The notes under the pieces: model-generated
Database searches by the model: none
The model's input: the letters and a program-made list of their open reading frames with translations, nothing else
Told to the model about the DNA's origin: nothing
Assembly (NCBI GenBank): GCA_963693365.1
Contig: CAVNZM010000002.1
Coordinates: 11,464,328-11,528,327, forward strand
Direction of reading: 5' to 3'
Source: Amoebidium appalachense
Lineage: Eukaryota; Protista; Ichthyosporea
Length of the DNA stretch: 64,000 bases
Made by a program: the position numbers and the translations under genes
Shown: piece after piece, positions 42,163-64,000 of the stretch
How positions within the stretch are numbered: position 1 is the first letter of the stretch
How the letters are laid out: each line of letters begins with the position of its first letter

Positions 42163-43081
42163 CTACTCGTATTCATCATCGTCATCATCACTCTCACACT
42201 TAACGATACCGGGGACCTTGATGTCGTGAATAGTCACCCCCTGCGTCTGGTCCAATAATTTCTCGCAAGCCCTCTAGGCCTTGATCTCTGCTTGCCTCAG
42301 CCCACTCATCCTCAGCACCATGGGGCCAAACACCTTGAACGGCTCCCGCCATTCGGTGCGGTAGAGGTAGTCGTACGCAAAGACCGACATGCGGACCTTG
42401 GTCACTGCCTCCTGGTCCAAGACAGCGTCCAGGTCCTATGTGTGTGCAAGTAGTCATACGTCAGCGAAGACCCAGGCAGAAGCCGAACGAGAATTATAAG
42501 TGGAGCCACACCAATCATTGATATGGTTGCACGTTATCATGTTCTGTGTCACTTTGCGCAAGGCCCGTTTATAAATTGTAAACGCCATGGCCACTCGTGT
42601 CCTTTGAAATTCTGATAGAGACTTACACCTGAACATTCCAACGACGGCTTGTAGCCGCATTTTGTGATTCAATGAAACCACATCCGTTTACATGCTATTA
42701 ATTGGATGCTTGTAGTTTCCTTTCATAGGGTTTCCTTCATCCTCTCCCTCCTCCTCCTACCCACCCCAGAACAACAAGCCCCCCCCCTCCCCCCCAAAAA
42801 AACCTACACCACATTCGTCTGCATCCCATCAATTGAATGCTCTATATAGTTTTTCCTCCTCTCGCTCCTCCCCTTCCCCCCCCCCCCCCCTCCCCTCCCC
42901 CTCTAGCTCCCCCCCCCCCCCCTCCCCCCCCCCCCCCAACACACGCACAAAAAAAAAAAAAAAAACACGCCACAACCGTCCCCCCCCCCCCCCCTCCCCT
43001 CCCCCCCAAAACGCGCACTACCCTCCACCAGCTTCCTGCCTCCCCCCTTCCCCCAATAAACACTCCCCCTTCCCACACACG

Positions 43082-43173
<92 letters not shown>

Positions 43174-43568
43174 TGCGCGTGCCCCCCCCCCCCCCCCCCC
43201 CCTTCCCCCCCTCCTCCCCACACACGCACACACACACACACTCACACTCACATGTAGAAAAAACACATACACACTTAAGTTCCCTTCTTATCCTCCCTGT
43301 GCCCCCCCCCCCCCCCCCCCCCTCACCCTCTCTCTCCCCTCTTCTCAACGGAGCACTCCCTCGTGATTTCGATATTATTCAACAACTTGATGTTCCTTGT
43401 ACAGGTGAAGAGTTGTTTCATCGTCTTCTACTGTAGCGGCACAAGTGTGTGTGTGTGTGTGGGGGGGGGGTTGCATATAGATGTGTTCATGTGCTCTTTG
43501 TCACCTCCCTTCCACCCCCCCCCCCCCCCCCCCCCCCCAAATATCCTTCCTTTTTCGAATTCGGGATA

Positions 43569-43619
<51 letters not shown>

Positions 43620-46600
43620 CCTTGGCCCACCACAGCCTCTTGCCCATGTTCCGTTTCCTCCTATCACATCACAAAGCCAAGCCCAGCATGAACTGTTGAA
43701 CACAACATCTACTTCACGCCAATGCCATGCCTGTCCTACACGTACCTCGAGGGCCATGACCGAGACATTGTTCATGTAGGCGCGCTCGGCATCAATCGCC
43801 TTAAACGACTTCTCCACTGTGGGCCCGTCCGGAAGTCGGCTGTTTGCTGGTGAGAGAAGGTGGGTGTGCCTGATGGCCTTGTGCATGACCTGCTTGATGG
43901 CCTGTTTCTTGGCCTCTGCATCCTTGGTCTGCAACCTGCAGAGGGGGAAAGGGTTGAACAACAGATAAATATAAATTGAGTGCTACCATTTCTTGGGAGA
44001 CACCACCCCATCCCCCCCCCCCCCCCCCCCCCCATCCCACCCTCCTCTTTTTGGCAACGTATCCTTTTTTGGTACATTTGTATGTTCATTTTGGAGTGTG
44101 GAAAGTGCGCATGTCCTTGTGCTTCAGGAGTCGTTTGCACCATTCATGAAGTCGGGTTAAGGGGTAAGAATAGCAAATCTGGCCGTTCAGCGACGAATGG
44201 AATGCCCAAACCATAAAGCACGGTGTAGAGTCTGCAATGGTCTACAAAAACAAAGTAAGAGAGTAACCAACACAACAGCCTAACCCCCCGGGTAAGGGAG
44301 GGAGGGAGGGGAGGGGGGGGGGAGGGGGGGTGGTTCTTACGTAAGCGACGGACTTGGCCTTGAGGTCTCGGAGCCCAAACAGCATCCTCAAATAGCAATC
44401 GTGGAAGACACTGAATTGGAGGCACAACCAGTTAGTCACATTGGCTATCGACCCACCCTACACCCCGTGCAAAAAAGCCAAAAGAGAAAACAGAAAATAA
44501 AACACAAAGATAAGATCATTAATAAAACAACACTACGCACATGCACTCACACTCACGCACGCACGCACGCACACGCACACACACAAACAAGGAAAAACCC
44601 TGCATTTTTAGACATTCAGTTGTTTCTATGTTTACGGCTGAAAAATTAGCCATGTTTTTGAAATTCGAATGATCATGCAGGCACATCCTCCTTTTTTTTT
44701 TTAACCTTATGATGGAGACCTGTCGAGAAAAAAAAAAACCACGGGTCCCTTTGCCCGCAGGGACGTGCACATGGAACGGGCAGATACATAAACAGACCAG
44801 GGGGGGGCCGGGGGGGGGGGGGGGGGGGGGGGGGGATGGGGGGTGGGTGGAGAGGTGGAGGGAGGGGGGGGGGGGGGGAGGGGGGGGGGATGAGGCATGA
44901 TTTAACGAACATCCAAACAAAGGGAGTCAAGGTGGAAGCTTCAGGGAAGGACCAGAATGGTGGCCTGCATGGCAAGCGGGCCACGGGGGAGAGGGGCAGG
45001 AGGGGACGGGAGTGGGGGAAGGGGGAGAGAGGGGGGGTCACCTGTCGTTGTCGTCATGGTGTGTCAGGAATTCGTGTAGAACCACCGACACATTGTGGTA
45101 TGCGTCACAGCACGTGTTTACCATCTCCAGTAGGTTCTGGAGTGTTCCCTGCAGCACCCACTGTGGAATGATGGTGGTGTTGTCCAGGTGGCGCAGGGCT
45201 ACGTTATTTGCCTCCGAGCCGAAGATACCTTCTGTTTGTTCCAGCTCTGAGTAGTCGGCATACTGGTGGGGCAAGGTCGTCGCGTTCACCACAGCCTGCA
45301 ACAAGGTAGAGCTTTGTCAGAGAATGGTTCCATGTAATGGACCAACGCAAGCTCAGTGCTACGATTGATAGTGGAGTATTGTCCGGGAGTCTGCTTCTAC
45401 GTGTGTTTCGACCTACTATGTACCCGTTTTTGATTTCATCTGCAAAACAACTCCCACCCCTTCCTCCCCCCTCTCCACCCACTTCTTTCTACTCATCCAA
45501 CTACATTACCCTCCCATCATGATTCCTTGACAATCTATATGTGTATTTGAGCGCTCTGTACGCACCAACCCAAACATTTCTCGGCACCAGGCAGGCAAAA
45601 GACCAAGACCACAAACAGAATACCATATAGCAGAGAATGCCCATATGTTATCTATGTGTCTCTTGGCAAGAATAGATCATACGCTCACATGTCATGCACC
45701 CACTCTCTCAAAGCTAATGTGCATAATGCCGTGGAAAGAAAGGTTTGGAGAAAAAAAAACCGTGGGTGTCCGCATAATTAGAAAGGGCTAGGGGAGAAGA
45801 GGGAAAGCAGGGCAGGGGAATAGAGGGGGGGAGGGGGGGGGGGTGGGGGGAGGGGGAGGAGGGGCATGCACGCGTGCATCACCATAGCGTCTCTGTGTGG
45901 ATGTGCGCACGCGCACGTGCGTGCGCGCGCGCGCGCACGTGCTTGTGTGCGTGTACGTGTGTGTGTGTGTGTATGTGTGTGTGCTGGGGAGAGGCGGAGG
46001 GGGGAGGGGAAGCGGGGGACAGAGGAGTGAGGGAGCGGGGGGAAGAGGGGTGGGGGGGGCTGCATACAAACTCTTTGTGAATCTGCTCGAGGGCTGCAAT
46101 GGTGTCAAGGAAGCCGGGCACCTCTCCCAGAAGCTGCGCCAGGATGACAAAAGTGTTAGAGACTTAACCCCTGCATCTGTACTTGTAAGCGCAACAATGA
46201 CTACGTCAATGCATAATCACTCGTGTTTATGGACCAGCAATGGTGAAATGACGAACCTATTTAGCGCCCAGGGGGCTCATAGTGCAAAGGGTGGATTCCT
46301 GATTGCCAGTCTGAGGATGTTTGACGTGTGAGCATTAGGCACACCAGAAAGGCAAAAACGAGGTGAGGCTGTGTTAGGTTTTACGTCAAACTGGAGAATT
46401 CACAAGCACAGCAGAAATCCAATGCATGCAAGACAGAAGGGCAGGAGAGAGAGAGAGTGGATTTCGGAAACGAGACGACGCAGTTGCATGGAGTAGCCAG
46501 AAAAAAATAAATGACAGTAGGAGGAGAGGCCATAGGCTGATAGCTAGAGTGGAAGGGGTTTGCACTTAGCACATTGGTAGAGTCTTTTTCGGCCGAAGGG

Positions 46601-48838
46601 CAGCCACTGGACTTGGAGGCGCTGTCAAGGTCCATACTTAAGGCTTCTTGTGAGCCGGCTGTGTGGGTGGCCCCGGTCATCTGGCCAGCCTGCGCAGAAA
46701 ACAAGGGGAGTTTAACATGTGTAATTGCTACCAAATCGAAACACAACATTACCATTTCGCAAGAAAAGGGCATGAGGAACTTGGAGAGATGGATCGACAG
46801 CGCTTTTATTGAAACTATCGTTTTTGGTGTTGTGTGTTAGGGAGGCAAGTGCACCCGTGACTGGGGTCGGAGCATGACCCTACTGTGTTAGGAGAACCTT
46901 TTATGAAGTTTTAGGTTAACGGATGCATAGAGTTGGGGAGCACACATGAAAGATAGACCCGAGAATGTGTGCGTGCGTGCGCGCGCGCGCGCGCGCGTGT
47001 GTGTGTGTGTGCGTGTGTGCGCACGCGCACGTGTGTGTGTGTTTGTGTTTGTTTTTGTTCTTTTTTTTTTTTGTTGGTTGATTGGTTGGGACGGCGGGAG
47101 GGAGGGGGGGGGGGGGGGGGGGGTGTTGTTGTTGCAGATAATGCTAATATGGAAATGGAACATGTTTGGTAGACCTAATGGTGATGGTGGTGGGTGGTTG
47201 AGCAGTAAACTGAACACAAGTGGGGATGAAGGTAAATAAAACCCTAAAAATGGGCGCAAGAGAGAGCACGTACCCACACATGCTCCTCCTGGTTCATGCC
47301 GTGGGCTCCCTTGGTCATGTCCTCGTTGGTGTTTGCTGCAGCATCCACCGCATCGTTCCAATGGGTCTGGAGAGAGAGAATGGGGACAATTAGCACACAT
47401 CGTGCACCCAATCGTACGTATTGAATAATGGTGCACCATTGTCGTGGCAGACAAGAACTACACCACATGACAGAAAGTCTGTGCGCTTGGGTGAACTGAG
47501 TTGTGTATGTGTGTGTGTGTGTGATGGGGGGGGAGGGGAGGGGGGGGGGGGGGGGGGGGCAGGGAGAGCAAGGTTGAGGGGGGGGGGGGGGGGGGGGGAG
47601 GAAGAGAGAGGGCGGGGAAGGAGTGAGAGAGGGGGGGAGGCTGAGAGAAGGGGTGAGGAGAGAAGGAAGAGGCGAGAGAGGGAGACATGGGGGCAGGGAA
47701 CGGGGAGAGGGGGGAGGTGGGAGAGAGCGAGAGAGCGAGAAAGAGAGAATGTGTGTGTGTGTGTTTGTGTGTGCGCGTGTGTGTACGTGGTATGAAGAGA
47801 TAGAATACGAGAGCGGGTGGGAGGAGGGGGTGTAGGGGGGGGGGGGGGAGGGGGAGGGGGGAGTAACAGGGGGAGGGGCCGGGGGGAGGGGGTTGGGGGG
47901 AGGAGGAGAATAGAAAGATAACTGCCAATGCAAGGCACAAGCACATCAGTTTTACATTACACTGAAATGAAACAACCAAATGCTTGGTGAGGTAAGGAGT
48001 AGCATTTAACAACTGAGAACACTCGGGTGCATACGCAAACGGGCGGGATGGGCCCGGGGACAAGGTGGTGGTGTGAATGGGATGAGTACATACTAACATA
48101 CATCATACCCTTGCTGAATGGGATTAGGGAACGGGGTCAGAATAGAGGTGGAAATTAGAGTTGCCTGTGGTCGTAAAGAAGAGGGGGTTTAAATGTGTGG
48201 ATAGGTGAAAGCGTAATCGAAAAACAGGTGTGTAAGATAGAATGGTACCTCGTGCGTGGGCCGGGGAGGTAGGGATGGAAGGCAAAGAGGGGGACATGGG
48301 GACGTGTTGCGAGGGCAGGTATGTTAGGCATGGGGTAGTAGACAGCAGCATAGGCACAGAAAGGCAATACCGGGAGGAACATAAAGCAGTGTGAACAAGA
48401 ACAGGCATGTGTAAGAGGGATGAAAGCAGATGGTTGGTTCAATAACCCAGCAAGGAAGGTGCAAGAAACTGATAATTTGTGCATGCATGAAAGTGAGCTG
48501 TGTATGCATAATACAGGGCTGATTTGTTTACGGGATAGCTGGTTGGGTGGGAAGGGCGGGAGCGCTGGTGGGCGTCGAGGGGGGGGGGAGGGGGGGGGGT
48601 ATAGGATTGAGGCCATACGGTACCTTGTGAGGGCGTGTTTCACGCATGGGATGAGCAAACTTAGTCGAGCTCTCAAGGTTGCTGGATCCCCCTCGATGTA
48701 ACCTTGAGCAACCTTACAAGCTGCATGGGAGGCAAACCAAATAACATTCAGTATAAAGCCTCCGAGATTAGAAATGAAAGCACTTCAGCAGAAGAATTTA
48801 GATGAACCATTAATCCGGCAAGAAATCTTTGAAAGTGT

Positions 48839-48869
<31 letters not shown>

Positions 48870-49577
48870 GGGGGGGAGGGGGGATTTTACATATCCATGC
48901 TGAAGATAAGATAAGGGTAGGTGGCAAGGCTGCAAAAACTTTATATGCGCGGGGGGGAGGGGGGGGGGGGGGGGGGGGGGGGGGGTTACATATCCATGCT
49001 GAAGATAAAATACATAAGGATAGGTGGCAAGGCTGCAAAATTTATATGCAGAAGAATAGCGGAAACTGGGTAAGGCTCTAGGTGGCAAATCCATCGGGAC
49101 AACAAAATTCCAATCACGTACCTTACTGTCTTGCTCAGAAAGCAGCCCGCACAGAACATGCTGGATCAAGGTGGCGGAGCGCCGTGTGTAGTCCTCGAGC
49201 TCAGCGATGGACAAGCACTCAGATGCTTGATCAAGATCCTTGCTGAACTTGTCCACCACCTCTGTGCAATGCATTGTGAGAAAACTGCATACATGTGCAA
49301 TATGGGGAAGGGTACATACATACGCACAAGACACGAGCCCACCACAAAATCAATCACGAGCATGACAAAAGCGCCACCAGAAGCACTAGGGCTAGCCTTT
49401 CTACAAAAATGTAAATAAAAGGAGTGGATGACCGAACTAGCCTAATGGCACGAGAGGACATTGAGGGTCCATGAAAGAGTATTATTTCATTACATAGAAG
49501 CATTTTCAACAAGCACGCTTCTGTAGTACACATGCCCCCCCCCCCCCCCCCCCGCCCCCACTATCTCTCGTCCATCA

Positions 49578-49652
<75 letters not shown>

Positions 49653-49763
49653 ATCAACCCATCACAGGACGTGTAAGACCGGCTGGACAACTGCCCGTCC
49701 CTCTACTCGCAATACTCGGACACTGTCAGCAGTAGGCAACCCACCCAGGCCCATTTTTGCCAT
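42163..49763 (-). CDS. Uncharacterised multi-exon protein (roughly 550-600 aa), no family recognised, with an in-frame TAG in the last exon
   Basis: Phase-consistent exons: 49763-49745, 49261-49127, 48720-48624, 47478-47418, 47366-47274, 46689-~46573, 46133-46068, 45295-45042, 44410-44341, 44241-44141, 43935-43746, 43427-~43330, probably one within 42500-42650, and a last exon from ~42435 to the TAG at 42274 or 42163. Some boundaries are uncertain. Confidence 0.62.
48853..49049. repeat. Intronic ~100-bp tandem duplication, each unit with a G-run
   Basis: TTACATATCCATGCTGAAGATAA...AGGTGGCAAGGCTGCAAAA.TTTATATGC occurs at 48887 and 48986. Confidence 0.8.
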
Positions 49764-50323
49764 GCCACCTGGCTATGCATATATCAGAACTCAGTGGCAG
49801 TACTAGAAGACAGTTAAGTTCCTCGCTTCGAATTCGCATCGGAGTGTTCATCCCTGCTTTGTTTACGACACTGCGGTGACGTTACAAGGTTCTCACTTGC
49901 CATATAAGGTTTTTTGTGGAAACTCGACTTACTCGAGCGGCTTACTTGCCAAATATGGCTATTCTGCTGTTCTTTGATTGGTCAACCATATGTTGGCCTA
50001 TCACCCAACACTTTCTTTGTAGGCCTGGGGGGTCTATCCAAAAGTCAGAAAATAGTTTTTTTATAACGACTTCATTTATATGCTCGTCAAAGTAGAGGCA
50101 AACGATATATCACAGATATCTCAGTGAAGAAGTGACAAGAAAACCTTTACTTTCGGACATGGAGGAAATAATGACTTAAACAATCATACACCCTAGAAAA
50201 CTCGTTAAACATACGGTGATATAATGGATACTTTTTTGTTTTTTTCCCCCTGAAATTTTAAGTTTTGTTTCCTCTCGCTATCTCACTCCCGCTTTCTTTT
50301 CTCTTCTTGTTTTTTCTGTTTTT

Positions 50324-50825
50324 TCGAGTTATTATCATACGCAGTATAAGTTTCTTTCTCGCTCTGAGAAAGAAATTCATGGTAAAACTCAGTCTGCATG
50401 TGTTATGTTCCTTAGGCAACACCGTACTGATCATTATCACTCTTGGGGAGCTTTGGCAGGATACATTTCTCCTGCTGTGCGTATGGATACCACCCGAGTA
50501 GATAAGTCTGTATGGTGCTCTGATGTTGATATTGCATGGGAAGTTGTGCAGTGGCGTTATAATTCTTTTTTTCATCGCCGTTGGTGCCACTTTTGTGCTG
50601 AACTTTTTAATCGAAAACATATTGATGGGTGGGAGTTTTTATGTCGTGTTTTGCCTCTTTATCCTACGGGTGTCTGCTACACTGGCTAGCAATGCTTTTG
50701 GTTGAATCCTGTTGGTCGTCACATTGAGTATCTATATGATTTTCTGACAGTGTTCAGGTATCTCAGTATGCACTTGTTACTGGATAACTCGTGAAGTTTT
50801 TATTAATTGCCTCCTAGGCCTAAGT
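50324..50825 (+). mobile_element. Degraded C-terminal remnant of a non-LTR retrotransposon ORF (copy 1)
   Basis: YHTQYK..FLRQHRTDH..GYISPAVR..VVQWRYN..WCHFCAELFNRKHI..EVFINCL aligns with the adjacent ORF 50898-51461. Stops and frameshifts follow 50689. Confidence 0.5.
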
Positions 50826-50897
50826 ATGCCGTGCGTTACTTGCATATCTTTCCGTTGAATAAATCCAGTCAAAAGAAAAGAAAAGTTTTGTTCGAGT

Positions 50898-51481
50898 GTG
50901 ACTTTGGACTGCCACTTACTTATTAAACATGTACACAATCACAAGATAATCACGCAATATAACAAATGGAAAAAGATACCACACGACACTAGACCCGATG
51001 AAAGCATACACCTTGAAAAACTAAGCCTTATGTCTCGTTTTATATATACTGACCGCCTCAACCATATTGCCAAATATGGCACTCGCAAGTGTATAACACC
51101 TAAATACATATTACCTTCCTGTAGAACTGGTCTTTCTCTAGCTGATGGTATTATTGATCAATTACCACGCTTTTACTGTACACGTGCTATACAGTGGAGA
51201 TCTAATAAGTATAAGGTGGCATCATTTGCATGCCCAAACAACACACACACACACCAGTTTAACCGGTCATGTATCGCCAAATGTAGTTTGATAGACCACA
51301 TAATACCGCAACACACACACGTCACATTCACAACAGACACCCAGAAAGATAGCCTACCTGTAAATTACAACATCCTTGATTTTATACTAAACACGCGTAA
51401 CTACGACCTGTTTATTAGATGTATTGATTGGCTTGAGAAACACATCACTACAAAATTATAGCGCACGCGCACACACACACA

Positions 51482-51535
<54 letters not shown>
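50898..51535 (+). mobile_element. 5'-truncated non-LTR retrotransposon (RTE/RTEX-like C-terminal domain) running into (CA)n
   Basis: Intronless A/C-rich 187-aa frame, YILPSCR..D.II..RAIQWRSN..CP...FNRSCIAKC...NYNILDFILN..Y.LF. From memory this resembles the post-RT Cys/His C-terminus of fungal and protist LINEs. TAG at 51461 is followed directly by a (CA)n-rich tract to 51535. Confidence 0.58.
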
Positions 51536-51536
<1 letters not shown>

Positions 51537-51568
51537 CCAGCTGATACCGAGTGTCCCGAGGGGAGCCC

Positions 51569-51604
<36 letters not shown>

Positions 51605-52416
51605 GGGGAACCCCACCTAATTGATTTCTCCTTGTAGTCTTTATGGTGTCTCGTAGAGAAAGTAAACCCTGATATATAGTCACCACCCGACATCTATGTA
51701 CGTGATCATGATATACCGCTGAGGGGATATTCCGAGCAAAACCCCCCCCCCCATACCTGAGACTGGTTCTCTTTGCCTCGAGTAAACAGCGTAAACCCCT
51801 TATACACATCAATAAGTCATTATCATAAAAAAAAAGATTTTCCTACCTGGATGAGTTTGGGGTGACCCATTCGGTCTCTCTCTCTCTCTCTCCCCCCCCC
51901 CCTCCCCCCCCCAAAAAATCACCACACACACACACACACACAAACACGTACACAAGCACCACCACAACCACGTGCACATTAACATGTGCATGTAGGAGGA
52001 CATTGATATTCGTCACCGCCTTTAATACCAAACAAACGTCTGTTTATTTATCAAGCTTATGATCGGATAGCAAAGGAAATGCCGTTTGCCTGACCGTCAA
52101 GCGGCAAGCCGGATGGAGCCAAAAGCCACCAATATGTTTCCAGTGCTAGTGGGGTTTTCAACTTAATTAATAATATGCATAATAATCTGTTTGATTGCTG
52201 CATTAAAAGGTCATTCTAACCGAGTTCTTTTTTAGCCGACAAACATGAATTTGCCGAAAGAATCCGTTGGACGGGAAGCAAGAGAGACATCTTTGACAGA
52301 CGTGCACACAGCCACGTACTCATGTATAAGCTTGATTGATGGCTTATGATGTATCACAACCAACACCGGACATTCACAGTTGTAACTGCACACTTAGCCC
52401 ATTACTCTTACTACTA

Positions 52417-52458
<42 letters not shown>

Positions 52459-52792
52459 CGCCCACACACACACACACACACACACACAATACATATATTA
52501 AAAATAAATCCGAAAAAAAAGCCAACATCCCTTAAGTACGACAATAACACCTGCAGCTGGAAACTGTTGTAGTCGCAAACACGTACATGAACCGAGCCCT
52601 CCTTCCCACCAAACATATATACAAGTCATCTCACGCGTGCACGGTTCAGTATTTATGCCTATTCATATGAGCGGCCTCTGATCAAGACAGGCCGAATCCC
52701 CCCTTTTTTCTGGGCGGATGAGGCACATCTTGGAGTCCATCGAACACATCTCCATTAAATGTGAAGGGCATTCTAATGCTTTAACCAGCCAA

Positions 52793-64000
<11,208 letters not shown>

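Noticed and set aside
44040-44140. Possible in-frame TGA (selenocysteine) in the orphan gene
   Set aside because: A phase-2 donor at 44140 (GAATG|GTGCAA) joins cleanly to the next exon (HEW-LQTK), which places the TGA in the intron.
42274-46310. TAG reassigned to an amino acid (in-frame TAGs at 42274, 43428 and a possible exon ending AAA TAG|GT near 46257)
   Set aside because: The conserved CHK2, SGK and SLY1 exons contain many CAG codons and no internal TAG. The 43428 TAG works as an acceptor, and the 46257 segment is not needed for frame.
50258-50620. Minus-strand 120-aa basic ORF and hydrophobic plus-strand ORFs
   Set aside because: Shadow frames of the T-rich LINE remnant read in the 50405 frame.

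Overview
Intron-rich eukaryotic DNA, probably a unicellular opisthokont or holozoan (inferred from the PX-SGK, Chk2-like and Sly1 sequences). Introns are packed with poly-G/poly-C, (CA/TG)n and (GA)n tracts, so almost every supplied ORF is a low-complexity artefact. Hand-splicing of exons gives six loci: a Chk2/Rad53-family FHA kinase (-, 3725-17332); a KCTD-type BTB plus beta-propeller gene (-, 19256-21898) with its tandem pseudogene copy (-, ~23330-25501); an SGK3-like PX-AGC kinase (+, 26357-39592); an orphan multi-exon gene (-, 42163-49763); and the 3' part of SLY1/SCFD1 (-, 52793->64000). Mobile DNA comprises a piggyBac-like MITE, three related MITEs with 9-bp TSDs (two adjacent and inverted, one nested), a Penelope-like RT fragment and two LINE C-terminal remnants. 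The most striking unexplained signal is a ~240-bp intronic repeat family (35322-35564, plus six full or partial copies at 60.1-63.7 kb). Its copies keep a pseudoknotted RNA fold with compensatory changes, lie sense to the host gene, are variably 5'-truncated, form head-to-tail trains and end on poly(C). It is a candidate structured RNA or ribozyme of a microsatellite-associated retroelement. Also notable: 3' splice sites with (CA)n or G-runs instead of a polypyrimidine tract, and tandemly amplified splice signals. All calls were made by eye; no database search was run.
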